A stretch of 64,000 nucleotides of DNA, from the NCBI GenBank assembly GCA_963668645.2, contig CAXXWC010000013.1, positions 64,001-128,000 of the forward strand. The letters are read 5' to 3'. Below, in pieces: positions 1 through 9,883 of this stretch (its first letter is position 1; each line of letters opens with the position of its first letter). Both the position numbers and the translations under genes were made by a program. The notes beneath the pieces are model-generated. The model was not told the DNA's origin and searched no databases. It saw nothing but the letters and a program-made list of their open reading frames with translations. The DNA is from Desulfobacterales bacterium. Lineage in GTDB: Bacteria; Desulfobacterota; Desulfobacteria; Desulfobacterales; UBA2174.

Positions 1-691
1 CCAGACCAAGTTGCTGCGGGCGTTGCAGGACGGGGAGATCCGCCCCCTGGGCGCCGGCCGGCCGCGGCAGGTCAATGTGCGGATCGTGGCGGCCACCAAC
101 CAGGACCTGGAGGCCCGGATCCGCGAACGGGCCTTCCGGGAGGACCTCTACTACCGGCTCAACGTGATCACGATCCGCACCCCGGCCCTGCGGGAAGTGC
201 CCGAGGATATCGCCCTGATGGCGAACCATTTCGCCCGCCAGGCGGCCGCCGAACTCGATGTCCCGGTCAAACGTCTGGCGCCCGAGACCCTGGCGGACCT
301 GGCCCGGCGCCCGTGGCCCGGCAATGTGCGCCAGTTGCAGAATGCCGTGCGCCGGGCGGTGATGTTCGCCGCGGGGGAGGTGGTCAGTGTGGCGGATCTG
401 GCCTTTCTCGAGACCGCCCAGGCTGTTGGGCCGCCCGTTTCCCTGGAGTTCGATCTTTCCGCCGCCGGCGTCATCCCTTACAAGGACGCCAAGGTCCAGG
501 TGATGGAACGCTTCACCCGGGCATATGTCACCGATCTTTTGGACAAGACCGGCGGCAACATCAGCCAGGGCGCCGTCCTGAGCGGGATCGGCCGTCCTTC
601 CCTGCACCGGATCATCCGGCGTCTGGGCATCCATTGCGGCAAGGCGGTCCCGGGCGAAGGAGAATGCCGCGAGGGGAGCCTTGATCTTTAG
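1..691 (+). CDS. Sigma54-dependent transcriptional activator, C-terminal part (5' end outside window)
   Basis: [27 protein letters not shown] and WPGNVRQLQN AAA motifs plus C-terminal Fis-type HTH. Confidence 0.95.
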   Translation, partial: QTKLLRALQDGEIRPLGAGRPRQVNVRIVAATNQDLEARIRERAFREDLYYRLNVITIRTPALREVPEDIALMANHFARQAAAELDVPVKRLAPETLADLARRPWPGNVRQLQNAVRRAVMFAAGEVVSVADLAFLETAQAVGPPVSLEFDLSAAGVIPYKDAKVQVMERFTRAYVTDLLDKTGGNISQGAVLSGIGRPSLHRIIRRLGIHCGKAVPGEGECREGSLDL

Positions 692-822
692 CACCAAATA
701 AGTGTATCTGAATCTATCCGGTGTGATACTTCAACCTGCGGTTTTTTAGTGGCCGGCGCGTGACTTTGCGGCCCGGTGGTCGTGCACAACTGCGTCGACC
801 GAATAGGAGAGGATATTTCGCC

Positions 823-1449
823 ATGGACCGACGACCTGCCGCTGCAGGCAAAAGCAGCTTTGATCTGATCGACCAGGAGACCTTTTTTTCCGCCCTGAAT
901 CTGAACGGCCCCCTGACGGTGCTGGACGTGGGATGCGGGGTCGGCAACTATGTCATGGCCCTGGCCGAGCGGATCGGCCCCGAGGGGCAAATCATCGGTC
1001 TGGACGCTTGGCCGGAGGGGATCGAGACCCTTCACCGGCGTGCGGCCGACCGTGGGATGAGCCAGGTCCAGCCCCTGCTGATGGACATGCAGCAGGGCAT
1101 TCCGCTGGAGGCGGCCAGCGTGGATCTTTGCCTTCTGGCCACGGTCTACCACGATCTGGTTCAGGATGGCCTGAGCGGCGAGGCCGTTTCGGACATCCGC
1201 CGGGTGCTCAAGCCGGGCGGCCGCCTGGCGGTGGTTGAATTCAAGCGTATGGACGGGCCTCCCGGCCCCCCCCGGCGGATCCGCATCGGTCCCAACGAAC
1301 TGCGCGGCCGCCTGGCGCCTGAAGGTTTCGAGGAGATCCGCACGGGGAGCCTGGGGCCGTTCGTTTACATCAGCGTTTTTCGCAAATCCACGTCGGCTGC
1401 GAAACGCACCGATGCCGGTCGCAGCAGCAGGGCCGGGCAGGAAAGATAG
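823..1449 (+). CDS. Class I SAM-dependent methyltransferase
   Basis: VLDVGCGVG motif I and RVLKPGGRL; AGGAGAGG upstream of ATG 823. Confidence 0.9.
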   Translation: MDRRPAAAGKSSFDLIDQETFFSALNLNGPLTVLDVGCGVGNYVMALAERIGPEGQIIGLDAWPEGIETLHRRAADRGMSQVQPLLMDMQQGIPLEAASVDLCLLATVYHDLVQDGLSGEAVSDIRRVLKPGGRLAVVEFKRMDGPPGPPRRIRIGPNELRGRLAPEGFEEIRTGSLGPFVYISVFRKSTSAAKRTDAGRSSRAGQER

Positions 1450-1621
1450 CCCGTTTTTCATTAGTGTCTGTCCATAAATGGTGATTTTTGGTTCCCGGCA
1501 AGCCCGAGCGAATTTCCAACCGGAGCAATAGCCTATTTGGAGGATTGGAAACGAGCCAGAATGAAAGGTGCCGTTTATGGATGGACACTCATTTTATGGA
1601 TGGACACTCATTAGGAGACCG

Positions 1622-1813
1622 ATGCCCATGCCCTGTTGCCGAACCCATTCACTTCCCATCGCCCGCTCCCTGGACCGGGTGCACGAATTCATCACCCAGG
1701 TTACCGGGAAGGCGCCTTCAGAAGACGAGATCGCCGATGCCCTGGGCCGCTATTTCGTGCTCAAGGAGATCGCCGACCATATCCAGATGTGCCGCGGCCA
1801 AAGCGAAGATTGA
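1622..1813 (+). CDS. Small hypothetical protein
   Basis: AGGAG RBS directly upstream; protein-like composition (IARSLDRVHEFI...FVLKEIADHI). Confidence 0.6.
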   Translation: MPMPCCRTHSLPIARSLDRVHEFITQVTGKAPSEDEIADALGRYFVLKEIADHIQMCRGQSED

Positions 1814-2253
1814 CAAGCGGCCAGGGTTTCCGGGGCCGGCAGCCGCTTAAATCCCACCAGGTGGGAAGGGCAATGGCAATCGCTGGCGCCGAATCCCGGG
1901 GCCGGCAGCCACGTGTCCGGCACGGCCGCCAGGGCCGCGGCCCAGTCGTGCTCCCAGCGCCGGGGAGAAGCGCAGCACCAGAGGGCCGCCGGCTGCGCCG
2001 CGCGGCGTAGATAATCGATGTGCCAGCGCAGCTTCGAGCCGCCTTTCAAATGGCGGCCCACCCGTGCCGCCAGCCCGCCCGGACCCTGGGCGCTGCCGAC
2101 GTACCCGTAATATCCGGCGGCAAAATCGATATCCCCGAGGCGCCCCACGCCGATGCGCCGGGCGCAGCAAAGGTGCAGCCACAGGACGTAGGTCCCACCC
2201 GACTTTAAAGCATCAAGGTCCAAGTTCCCCCCAGCGTTTTCATCTCTTGGCAT
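1750..2253 (-). CDS. DUF123 / GIY-YIG (Uri superfamily) nuclease
   Basis: GTYVL...VGRLG...YGYVGSA...RWHIDYL...GFGASDCHCPSHL; start uncertain. Confidence 0.85.
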   Translation of the reverse strand: MPRDENAGGNLDLDALKSGGTYVLWLHLCCARRIGVGRLGDIDFAAGYYGYVGSAQGPGGLAARVGRHLKGGSKLRWHIDYLRRAAQPAALWCCASPRRWEHDWAAALAAVPDTWLPAPGFGASDCHCPSHLVGFKRLPAPETLAACQSSLWPRHIWIWSAISLSTK

Positions 2254-2392
2254 GGGAACACCACGATGCCTGGCGCCACGGTCCGATGTTTTGCGGTCCA
2301 TCGGCCCGCGTTCCAGGGCTTGTCATGCAATGCCGTCATGGCGTAAGAGTGCCCTTAAAAGCGATGAATACCCCACTTGGAATTTTCGATCC

Positions 2393-2920
2393 ATGACCAT
2401 TTTACGCATTATTTCCGGCGGTCAGACCGGGGCGGACCGAGCGGCCCTGGATGCGGCCATCGCCATGGGCGTGGCGCATGGCGGCTTTCTGCCCCGGGGG
2501 CGGCTCACCGAAAACGGTCCGCTTCCCGGACGCTACGGACTTGAAGAGCTGCCCACCCGCAGCTATCCCAAACGCACCGAGCAAAACGTACTGGCCGCGG
2601 ACGGCACGGTCATCTTCAGCCACGGCCCGCTCAAGGGCGGCTCGCGGCTGACCCGGGACCTGGCCAAACGCCACGGCAAGCCCTGGATCCATTTGGATTT
2701 CGAGAAGATTCCGGTGGACGAGGCCGCCAGGACAGTTTTTGACTGGGCCAGCCGTCATCGCATCGGCGTGCTCAACGTGGCCGGATCGCGCGCCTCGGAG
2801 GACCGGCATATCTACCAGCGCACTTACGAGGCCGTGGGCAGGCTGCTGCGGTTTTCACCAAATCCGCTGCCAGGGGCCGCCGAACTGGGCAAAGCCGCCA
2901 AAAAGGGCAGGGAACGATGA
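2393..2920 (+). CDS. SLOG-family 'putative molybdenum carrier' protein
   Basis: IISGGQTGADRAALD, RTEQNV, LNVAGSRAS motifs. Confidence 0.85.
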   Translation: MTILRIISGGQTGADRAALDAAIAMGVAHGGFLPRGRLTENGPLPGRYGLEELPTRSYPKRTEQNVLAADGTVIFSHGPLKGGSRLTRDLAKRHGKPWIHLDFEKIPVDEAARTVFDWASRHRIGVLNVAGSRASEDRHIYQRTYEAVGRLLRFSPNPLPGAAELGKAAKKGRER

Positions 2921-3402
2921 AAAATAGAGGACTTGTCAAATTGCTGCTCTCCTTGACGCTGCTTCTCGGGGCCTGCGCCGGTGCGATCCCTCCGGCGGAG
3001 GAGGGCGGACCTGGTGGCGCGGCGGTTGAGGGGTCATCCGAGCGCTATGCCGTTTCGCCGCAGGGGGTGATCAGCGATTTTCAAACCGGACTTGAATGGC
3101 TCGTGGGGCCGGACCGGGATATGGATTATGCACGGGCCGTGCAGTGGGTGGCCGGGTGCCGCGAGGCGGGCGGCGGTTGGCGCATGCCGACGCGCCACGA
3201 GTTGAAAAGCCTCTATCGCGATGGGGCCGGAGAACGGAACATGGCCCCGGATTTCAAAACCAGCGGATGGTGGGTCTGGGCCGAAAACAGGGATGCCCAG
3301 ACGGCCTGGGCTTTTGCCTTCAACCACGGCTGCATCACCTGGGATGCCCGCGCCAACGCGCGTTACGGCCGGGCCTTCGCGGTTCGTTCGCCGCGGCGCT
3401 GA
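2917..3402 (+). CDS. DUF1566 (Lcl C-terminal) lipoprotein
   Basis: LGAC lipobox; DxxTGLEW and GWRMPTRHEL motifs. Confidence 0.8.
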   Translation: MKNRGLVKLLLSLTLLLGACAGAIPPAEEGGPGGAAVEGSSERYAVSPQGVISDFQTGLEWLVGPDRDMDYARAVQWVAGCREAGGGWRMPTRHELKSLYRDGAGERNMAPDFKTSGWWVWAENRDAQTAWAFAFNHGCITWDARANARYGRAFAVRSPRR

Positions 3403-3417
3403 CAGATCCGGGCCGGG

Positions 3418-4122
3418 ATGAAAAAGAAAACCGCTTCTTTCAGGCGGCGTTTGCGGCGCTGGCTTCTGGCCGCACTCGGGGGCATGCTGCTGCTGACCAT
3501 GGGCCAGGTGCTGGTGCTGCGCTGGGCGGCCCCGCCGGCCACCGTGCCGATGGTCTGGAGCTGGATTATCCACACCTTTTCCGGAAAACCCGCCGCTTCT
3601 GTGCGCTACGCGTGGGTCCCGTTGACCGCGGTCTCGGCCCACCTGCGCCGGGCGGTGATCGCCGCCGAAGACCAGCGTTTTGTCCAACATCGCGGTTTCG
3701 ACCTGGTGGAGATCGGTAATGCGGTTTCCTCTGCCGTCATCGACGGCGAACGCCTGCGCGGGGCCTCGACCATTTCGATGCAGGCGGCCCGCAGCGTTTT
3801 TCTGATCCCCAGCCGAACCGTTTTACGCAAGGCCCTGGAAGCCTATTACACCGTGCTCATCGAACTCTTCTGGGACAAGCGGCGCATCCTGGAGATGTAT
3901 CTCAACACGGTGGACTGGGGCGACGGCATCGTCGGCGCCGAGGCCGCGGCCCGGGCCTATTTCAAGGTCTCGGCCGGCAGGCTCACACCTTTGCAGGCCG
4001 CCTCGCTGGCCGCCATCCTGCCCAATCCCCACCGCTTTTCACCGCATCGTCCCGGCCCGTATCTGCGCCAGCGCCGGCAGCGCATCCTGGCCGATATGCC
4101 CGGCATGCCGCTGGTGCGGTAA
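3418..4122 (+). CDS. mtgA: Monofunctional peptidoglycan transglycosylase
   Basis: AEDQRFxxHxGFD, RGASTISMQ, RILEMYLN, LAAILPNP. Confidence 0.95.
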   Translation: MKKKTASFRRRLRRWLLAALGGMLLLTMGQVLVLRWAAPPATVPMVWSWIIHTFSGKPAASVRYAWVPLTAVSAHLRRAVIAAEDQRFVQHRGFDLVEIGNAVSSAVIDGERLRGASTISMQAARSVFLIPSRTVLRKALEAYYTVLIELFWDKRRILEMYLNTVDWGDGIVGAEAAARAYFKVSAGRLTPLQAASLAAILPNPHRFSPHRPGPYLRQRRQRILADMPGMPLVR

Positions 4123-4290
4123 GTGCCGGTTGGCACAAAACGAAAGAAAGATCCGGCCACCAACCGGTTTTCCCGTAGCCATCAGGAATCCTGACGCCGG
4201 CGCAGAAAGGGTCTGCTGCAATTTGACATATATGAAGATTTCGGCAATGCTTCCGGATAATAAGAGTGTATTTTCATTTCTCGGCAGCCG

Positions 4291-5739
4291 ATGAATCCTC
4301 ACATAATCTCCACCATCATTCTGATCGTCCACTGGCTTATCGTCATCGGGCTGTCACTTCGCGTCATCATGCGCAGGCCGCCCGTAGGGGTGGCGGTGGC
4401 ATGGCTGTCGGTGATTTTCAGCGTACCGCTCGTCGGCGCGGCCGTTTATCTGCTGTTCGGGGAAAAACGCCTTGGTTCGCGCAGGGTAGGACGGATCAAG
4501 GCGAGCATCGCCGATGTCGCCAGCTGGCAGAATACCCTCAAAGCGCAATACGACCCGGCGGCTGGGCGGATCGACCGGTTGGCGCAGCCGCTTTTCCATC
4601 ATGCCGAAAGCGTGCTGGACTTCCCGGCCTTGCCGGGCAACAGCATCGAACTGCTTTACGACTTCCAGTCGATTTTCGACTGCCTGATCGCCGACATCGA
4701 CGCTGCGCAGCATACCGTCCACCTCTGCTTCTACATTTGGCACCCGGGCGGCCGCATGACCGATGTCGTGAATGCCCTCGTCCGCGCGGCTCGGCGTGGC
4801 GTGCAATGCCGGGCTCTGGCCGATGCGATGGGAAGCAAGGCATTTTTCAAAAGCGAACTGGCCCGCCAACTGCGTGACGCGGGCGTTGAATTTGCGGCCG
4901 CTATGTCCACCGGAGTGATTCCGGCGCTCCTAGCCCGGACGGATTTGCGCAATCACCGCAAGATCGCCGTCATGGATGACCGTGTGGCCTATTCCGGGAG
5001 CCAGAACCTCGTGGATCCCAGGTTCTTCAAGCAGGCCGCGGGTGTCGGACAATGGGTGGATGCCATGACGCGCATCACCGGGCCTGCCGCAGCCTCCCTC
5101 GATGGTGTGTTCCGGCTCGACTGGTCCGTTGAAACCGGGGTCGCATTTAATCCGCCATCCAGACTTGCCGGGGACACTCCCGCGCCGGCCGGAGCGATGG
5201 TTCAGGTGGTGCCTTCCGGTCCGGACCTGCATCCGGAAGCGATCCACCAACTGCTGCTGACGGCGATCTATGCCACCCGGGAAGAACTCGTCATGACCAC
5301 ACCGTATTTTGTGCCCGATGATTCAATGCTGACCGCGCTAATGTCGGCATCGCTGCGCGGCGCGGAAGTCACGCTGATTGTTCCGGCCCGCAATGACTCG
5401 CTGCTCGTGCGCTATGCCAGTTTAGCTCCCTTTGACGACCTCATGTCCGCCGGCGTCCGGATCGCCCTGTTCAACGGCGGGCTATTGCACACCAAGAGCA
5501 TGACCATCGACGGCGCGATGAGCGTGTTCGGTTCGGTCAATCTCGACATGCGCAGCCTCTGGCTCGACTTCGAGATTTCCCTGCTGGTTTACGACCGTGA
5601 CTTTACCGCCCGCCTGCGAGCACTTCAGAATACCTATTTGAAAGATTCGGAGCGGCTCGATTTAGATTCATGGCGACGACGCCCGGCTTGGCGCCGGTTT
5701 ATGGAAAATACCTGCCGGTTGGCCGGGCCCCTGCTGTAA
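4291..5739 (+). CDS. cls: Cardiolipin synthase
   Basis: Two N-terminal TM helices and two HKD motifs (RNHRKIAVMD, LHTKSMTID). Confidence 0.95.
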   Translation: MNPHIISTIILIVHWLIVIGLSLRVIMRRPPVGVAVAWLSVIFSVPLVGAAVYLLFGEKRLGSRRVGRIKASIADVASWQNTLKAQYDPAAGRIDRLAQPLFHHAESVLDFPALPGNSIELLYDFQSIFDCLIADIDAAQHTVHLCFYIWHPGGRMTDVVNALVRAARRGVQCRALADAMGSKAFFKSELARQLRDAGVEFAAAMSTGVIPALLARTDLRNHRKIAVMDDRVAYSGSQNLVDPRFFKQAAGVGQWVDAMTRITGPAAASLDGVFRLDWSVETGVAFNPPSRLAGDTPAPAGAMVQVVPSGPDLHPEAIHQLLLTAIYATREELVMTTPYFVPDDSMLTALMSASLRGAEVTLIVPARNDSLLVRYASLAPFDDLMSAGVRIALFNGGLLHTKSMTIDGAMSVFGSVNLDMRSLWLDFEISLLVYDRDFTARLRALQNTYLKDSERLDLDSWRRRPAWRRFMENTCRLAGPLL

Positions 5740-5931
5740 GCGGCGCTGCTTGTTGCGCCGGCGCCCGCTGCCATCCTTCCTTCCCTGCTGCGCGGCCGGC
5801 AAACGGCGCGCGGTGCCGAGCAGGATCAGGTGCGACGGGGCCTCATCCGAATCGCCATAGCGGTCCGGTCCGTTATATGACGGCCCGGACCGCGCATCTT
5901 GGTCGCCCCGTCTCTGGTGCACGAAAAAGGG

Positions 5932-5982
5932 TTGACAGGTACTAATCAATTGATTTAATCACTTGATTAAATCAATTGATTA
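5932..5982 (+). promoter_or_regulatory. Sigma70 promoter overlapped by a 40-bp palindromic operator (probable TetR site)
   Basis: TTGACA at 5932; TAATCAATTGATTTAATCA-CT-TGATTAAATCAATTGATTA with perfect 19-bp arms at 5943-5982. Confidence 0.8.
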
Positions 5983-6004
5983 CCCCCAGCAAGAAGGTTT
6001 GGCC

Positions 6005-6667
6005 ATGACCGAGCAGCCTTCCGACACCCGGATGCGCATCCTGGCGGCGGCAGCCGAAGTCTTCGGCACCAGGGGCTTCAAAGCCGCCACCACCCGCCAG
6101 ATCGCCGAGGCGGCGGGGGTCAACCAGGCGGCCATCAACTATCATTTCAAGGGCAAACTGGGCCTGTACAGCGAGGTGCTCGAAACGCTGCTCAAAGAGG
6201 GCTTCGAGCGTTTTCCGGCCGACATGGGGCTCAGCCCGCAAGCGCCTGCGGCCGAACGCCTGGAAGCCTTCGTGCGCTCCTTTTGCCGCCGGCTTCTGGG
6301 GCTGGACGGCTGGGGCGGCTATCACGGCAAGGCCCGGCTGATCGTCAATGAGATGGCCGATCCGAGCCCGGCCCTGGCCGATATGGTGGCCCGGTACATC
6401 CAGCCCCACAAGCAGATGCTGGTGGGCATTGTCCAGGAACTGCTCGGCCCGGGGGTGGCCTCCCACATCGTGCTGGCCTGTGCCTTCAGCATTGTGGGAC
6501 AGTGCCTTTATTACGCCACGGCCCACCCCCTGCTCACCCTGCTGGCGCCGGAACGCCAGGATCCCGAGACGCGCATCGAAGAGCTGGCCGACCATGTGTT
6601 GATCTTTTCTCTGGGAGGCATCGACAAGGTCATCGACAGCCTGTCGGCGACAGAGGAGAAGGCATGA
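6005..6667 (+). CDS. TetR-family regulator (CecR/YbiH-like)
   Basis: TetR HTH (AAEVFGTRGFKAATTRQIAEAAGVNQAAINYHF); heads a ybhGFSR-like operon. Confidence 0.9.
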   Translation: MTEQPSDTRMRILAAAAEVFGTRGFKAATTRQIAEAAGVNQAAINYHFKGKLGLYSEVLETLLKEGFERFPADMGLSPQAPAAERLEAFVRSFCRRLLGLDGWGGYHGKARLIVNEMADPSPALADMVARYIQPHKQMLVGIVQELLGPGVASHIVLACAFSIVGQCLYYATAHPLLTLLAPERQDPETRIEELADHVLIFSLGGIDKVIDSLSATEEKA

Positions 6668-7857
6668 CCCGAAAGCGAAAAATCGTTTCGGCCCTGGCCG
6701 TTCTGGCCGTCGCGGTGGCGGCGGTCCTTTTTTTCACCGGGCGCCGGGATGGCGATGCTGCAGCCCAGGTGCGTTTTTCCGGCAACATCGAGGTGGTCGA
6801 CGTGCCGCTTTCCTTCAAGGCGGCCGGACGCCTGGCGCAGCGCCTGGTGGACGAAGGCGAAACGGTGCGCCGCGGCCAGACCGTGGCGCGCCTCGACGCC
6901 AGCGACCAGGAACGGGTGACGGCCCGGGCCGAGGCCGAACTTGGCTATGCCGAGGCGGTCCTGGAAGAACTTCTGGCCGGCAGCCGCCCCGAAGATATCC
7001 GGCAGGCCGAAGCCCTGGCCGCCGAGGCCCGCCAGCGGCTCAAGGCCCTGGAAACCGGCAGCCGGCGCCAGCAGATCGATGCGGCCCGGGCCGAGACCGA
7101 AAGGGCCCGTGCGGCCCTGGCCGCCGCTGCGGCCCAACTCACCCAGGCCCGGGCGGATGATGCCCGTTTTTCAGCCTTGGTGGATCAAGGCGGCGTGAGC
7201 CGGCGCGACTACGAGACCCAGCACACCCGGCTGGAAACCGCCGCCGGCGCCGAAGCCGAAGCCCGGGCGCGCCTGGAAAGCGCCCGGGCCCAGCTCGATC
7301 TGGTCACCGAAGGCCCTCGTAGCGAGGACATCGCCGCGGCCCGCGCCGGGCTGCGCCAGGCCGAGGCGGCCATGGAGCGAGTCCAAAACGGCCCCCGTAC
7401 TGAAACCATCGCCGCGGCCCGGGCCCGGGTCCTGGCGGCTTCCGAAGCGCTCAAACTCGCCCGCCAGCAGTTGGCCGATATGGAACTCAAGGCGCCTATG
7501 GACAGCATGGTGCTCTTCAAGGCGGCCGAACCGGGCGCTTTCCTCGGACCGGGGACCCCGGTGGTGGTGGTGGGCGACATGGACCATCCCTGGCTCAGGG
7601 GATATGTCAACGGGCTCGATCTGGGGCGGATCCGGCTGGGGCAGAAGGTGCGCGTCACCGTGGACGCGTTCCCGGACCGGCCGGTGGAAGGCCGCCTTTC
7701 CTTTATCGCCTCGGAGGCCGAGTTCACCCCCAAAACGGTTCAGACCGAAGATGAGCGGGTCCGTCTGATGTATCGCGTCAAGGTCGACCTGCCCAACCCG
7801 GATCATCTGCTCAAGCCGGGGATGCCGGCCGACGCGCTGATCGAGCCGGCCGAATGA
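6664..7857 (+). CDS. HlyD-family periplasmic adaptor (YbhG-like)
   Basis: N-terminal TM helix, coiled coil, EAEFTPKTVQT and LKPGMPAD motifs. Confidence 0.92.
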   Translation: MTRKRKIVSALAVLAVAVAAVLFFTGRRDGDAAAQVRFSGNIEVVDVPLSFKAAGRLAQRLVDEGETVRRGQTVARLDASDQERVTARAEAELGYAEAVLEELLAGSRPEDIRQAEALAAEARQRLKALETGSRRQQIDAARAETERARAALAAAAAQLTQARADDARFSALVDQGGVSRRDYETQHTRLETAAGAEAEARARLESARAQLDLVTEGPRSEDIAAARAGLRQAEAAMERVQNGPRTETIAAARARVLAASEALKLARQQLADMELKAPMDSMVLFKAAEPGAFLGPGTPVVVVGDMDHPWLRGYVNGLDLGRIRLGQKVRVTVDAFPDRPVEGRLSFIASEAEFTPKTVQTEDERVRLMYRVKVDLPNPDHLLKPGMPADALIEPAE

Positions 7858-7924
7858 GACCGGGCCGCGCGGCGGCCTGGCCGCCCCCAAGTTTCCATGC
7901 AATCCTGACCATGGGGACAAGCAG

Positions 7925-9883
7925 ATGTCCTTGAGCCCTGCCGATACCCAGCCTGCCGCCGTTTGCGCCCGGGGTCTGACCCGGCGCTTCGGGGAGTTGA
8001 CCGCCCTGGACGGGCTCGACCTGACGGTGGCCTACGGCGAGATTTTCGGTCTGGTGGGGCCGGACGGGGCCGGCAAGACCACCGCTTTGCGGATCCTGGC
8101 CGGGATTTTGGCGCCGGACACCGGCCAGGTTGAGGTGGCCGGGGTGGACGTCGGGGCCGATCCCGTCCGGGTGCGCGACCATCTGGCCTACATGAGCCAG
8201 CGTTTCGGGCTTTATGCGGACCTGACGGTGGATGAAAACATCGATTTTTACGCCGATCTATACGGGATAGGCGCCCGGCAGCGCCGGGCCCCGGTGGCCG
8301 AGCTGCTCGCCCTTTCGGGCATGACCCCCTTCCGGCGCCGTCTGGCCGGGGATCTTTCCGGCGGCATGAAACAGAAGCTCCAGCTCGTCTGCGCCCTGAT
8401 CCACACCCCCAAGGTGCTGCTGCTCGACGAGCCCACCAACGGGGTGGATCCGGTGAGCCGGCGCGAGTTCTGGAACATCCTCTACCGCCTGCTGGATCAG
8501 GAGGTGGCCATCGTGGTCACCACCGCCTACCTGGACGAGGCCGAGCGCTGCACCCGGGTGGGGATGATCGATGCCGGCCGGATCATGGCCTCCGGCACGG
8601 CTGCCGAGATCCGCCGCCGCATGCCAGGAAAGATCCTGGCGGTGCGCAGCGACCGGGCGCGCCAGGTGCAGCAGGCCCTGGAGCGGGCGCAAGGATTCGG
8701 CCGGGTGGATCTTTTCGGCGACCGGGTCCATCTGATCGCCGGGGATATAGAAACCACCGCGGCCCGGGTGACGGCCTGTCTCACCGAGGCCGGCCTTTCC
8801 TTCGATCCGCCCCACGAAGCGGCCCCCAGCCTGGAGGATGTTTTCGTGGGCCTGCTGCATCAGCCTGCCGGGACCGGGGATCATGGGCCGGGGGCAGCCG
8901 GCGTTTTTGCCCAGCCCGGAGCGGCCCAACGGGAAACGGCGGTGACCGTTTCCGATCTGACCCGGCGTTTCAAGCGCTTTACCGCGGTGGACCGGGTCAG
9001 CTTCCAGGTGGCCGGTGGCGAGGTTTTCGGTTTTCTCGGTCCCAACGGTGCCGGCAAGAGCACCACCATCCGCATGCTCTGCGGCCTGCTGCGGCCCAGC
9101 GCGGGACAGGCCACGGTGGCCGGCTTCGAGGTGGCCACCCAGGCCGAGGCCATCAAGCAGCATATCGGGTATATGAGCCAGAAATTTTCCCTCTACGACG
9201 ATCTGACGGTTTCCGAGAATATCGCTTTTTACGGCGGGATTTACGGCCTGAAGGGCTCGCGCCTGGCCGAGCGGCGCGACTGGGCCCTGGCCACCGCCGG
9301 CCTGGCCGACCGGCGCGACAGCCTCACCCGGATTCTCGGCGGCGGGCTCAAGCAGCGCCTGGCCCTGGCCTGCGCCGTGCTGCACCAGCCGCCGATCCTC
9401 TTTCTGGACGAACCCACCAGCGGGGTGGACCCCCTGAGCCGGCGGCGCTTCTGGGATCTGATCTACGCCATGGCCGAAGGCGGGGTGACGGTTTTCGTCA
9501 CCACCCACTACATGCAGGAAGCCGAGTACTGCGACCGGGTCGCCATGATCTACCGGGGCCGGCTCATCGCCCTGGGCACACCCGCCGAACTCAAGGCCCA
9601 TTCGGTTGCCGGCCAGATTATCGATGTGCGCTGCGCGCATCCCCAAACGGTGCGCAAGGCCATCGCCGCCTTGCCCGAGGTGCGCGAGGCGGCCCTTTTC
9701 GGCGCCGGGCTCCACGTGGTGAGCACCGACGCCCAAGGGGCCAAAGCCGCCATTGGCCGGCTCCTGGCCGACCGGGGGATCGCGGCCGAGCGCCTCGAAA
9801 TCGTGCCCCCGGGCATGGAGGATGTCTTCGTGGCCCTGATCGAAGCCCATGACCGGGAAAACGGGCAGGCGGCCCATGGCTGA
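7925..9883 (+). CDS. Tandem-domain ABC ATPase (YbhF-like)
   Basis: Two Walker A (GPDGAGKT, GPNGAGKS) and two LDEPT motifs. Confidence 0.95.
   Translation: MSLSPADTQPAAVCARGLTRRFGELTALDGLDLTVAYGEIFGLVGPDGAGKTTALRILAGILAPDTGQVEVAGVDVGADPVRVRDHLAYMSQRFGLYADLTVDENIDFYADLYGIGARQRRAPVAELLALSGMTPFRRRLAGDLSGGMKQKLQLVCALIHTPKVLLLDEPTNGVDPVSRREFWNILYRLLDQEVAIVVTTAYLDEAERCTRVGMIDAGRIMASGTAAEIRRRMPGKILAVRSDRARQVQQALERAQGFGRVDLFGDRVHLIAGDIETTAARVTACLTEAGLSFDPPHEAAPSLEDVFVGLLHQPAGTGDHGPGAAGVFAQPGAAQRETAVTVSDLTRRFKRFTAVDRVSFQVAGGEVFGFLGPNGAGKSTTIRMLCGLLRPSAGQATVAGFEVATQAEAIKQHIGYMSQKFSLYDDLTVSENIAFYGGIYGLKGSRLAERRDWALATAGLADRRDSLTRILGGGLKQRLALACAVLHQPPILFLDEPTSGVDPLSRRRFWDLIYAMAEGGVTVFVTTHYMQEAEYCDRVAMIYRGRLIALGTPAELKAHSVAGQIIDVRCAHPQTVRKAIAALPEVREAALFGAGLHVVSTDAQGAKAAIGRLLADRGIAAERLEIVPPGMEDVFVALIEAHDRENGQAAHG

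Noticed and set aside
745..795. Sigma54 promoter before the methyltransferase gene
   Set aside because: GG and GC dinucleotides are not at the required -24/-12 spacing
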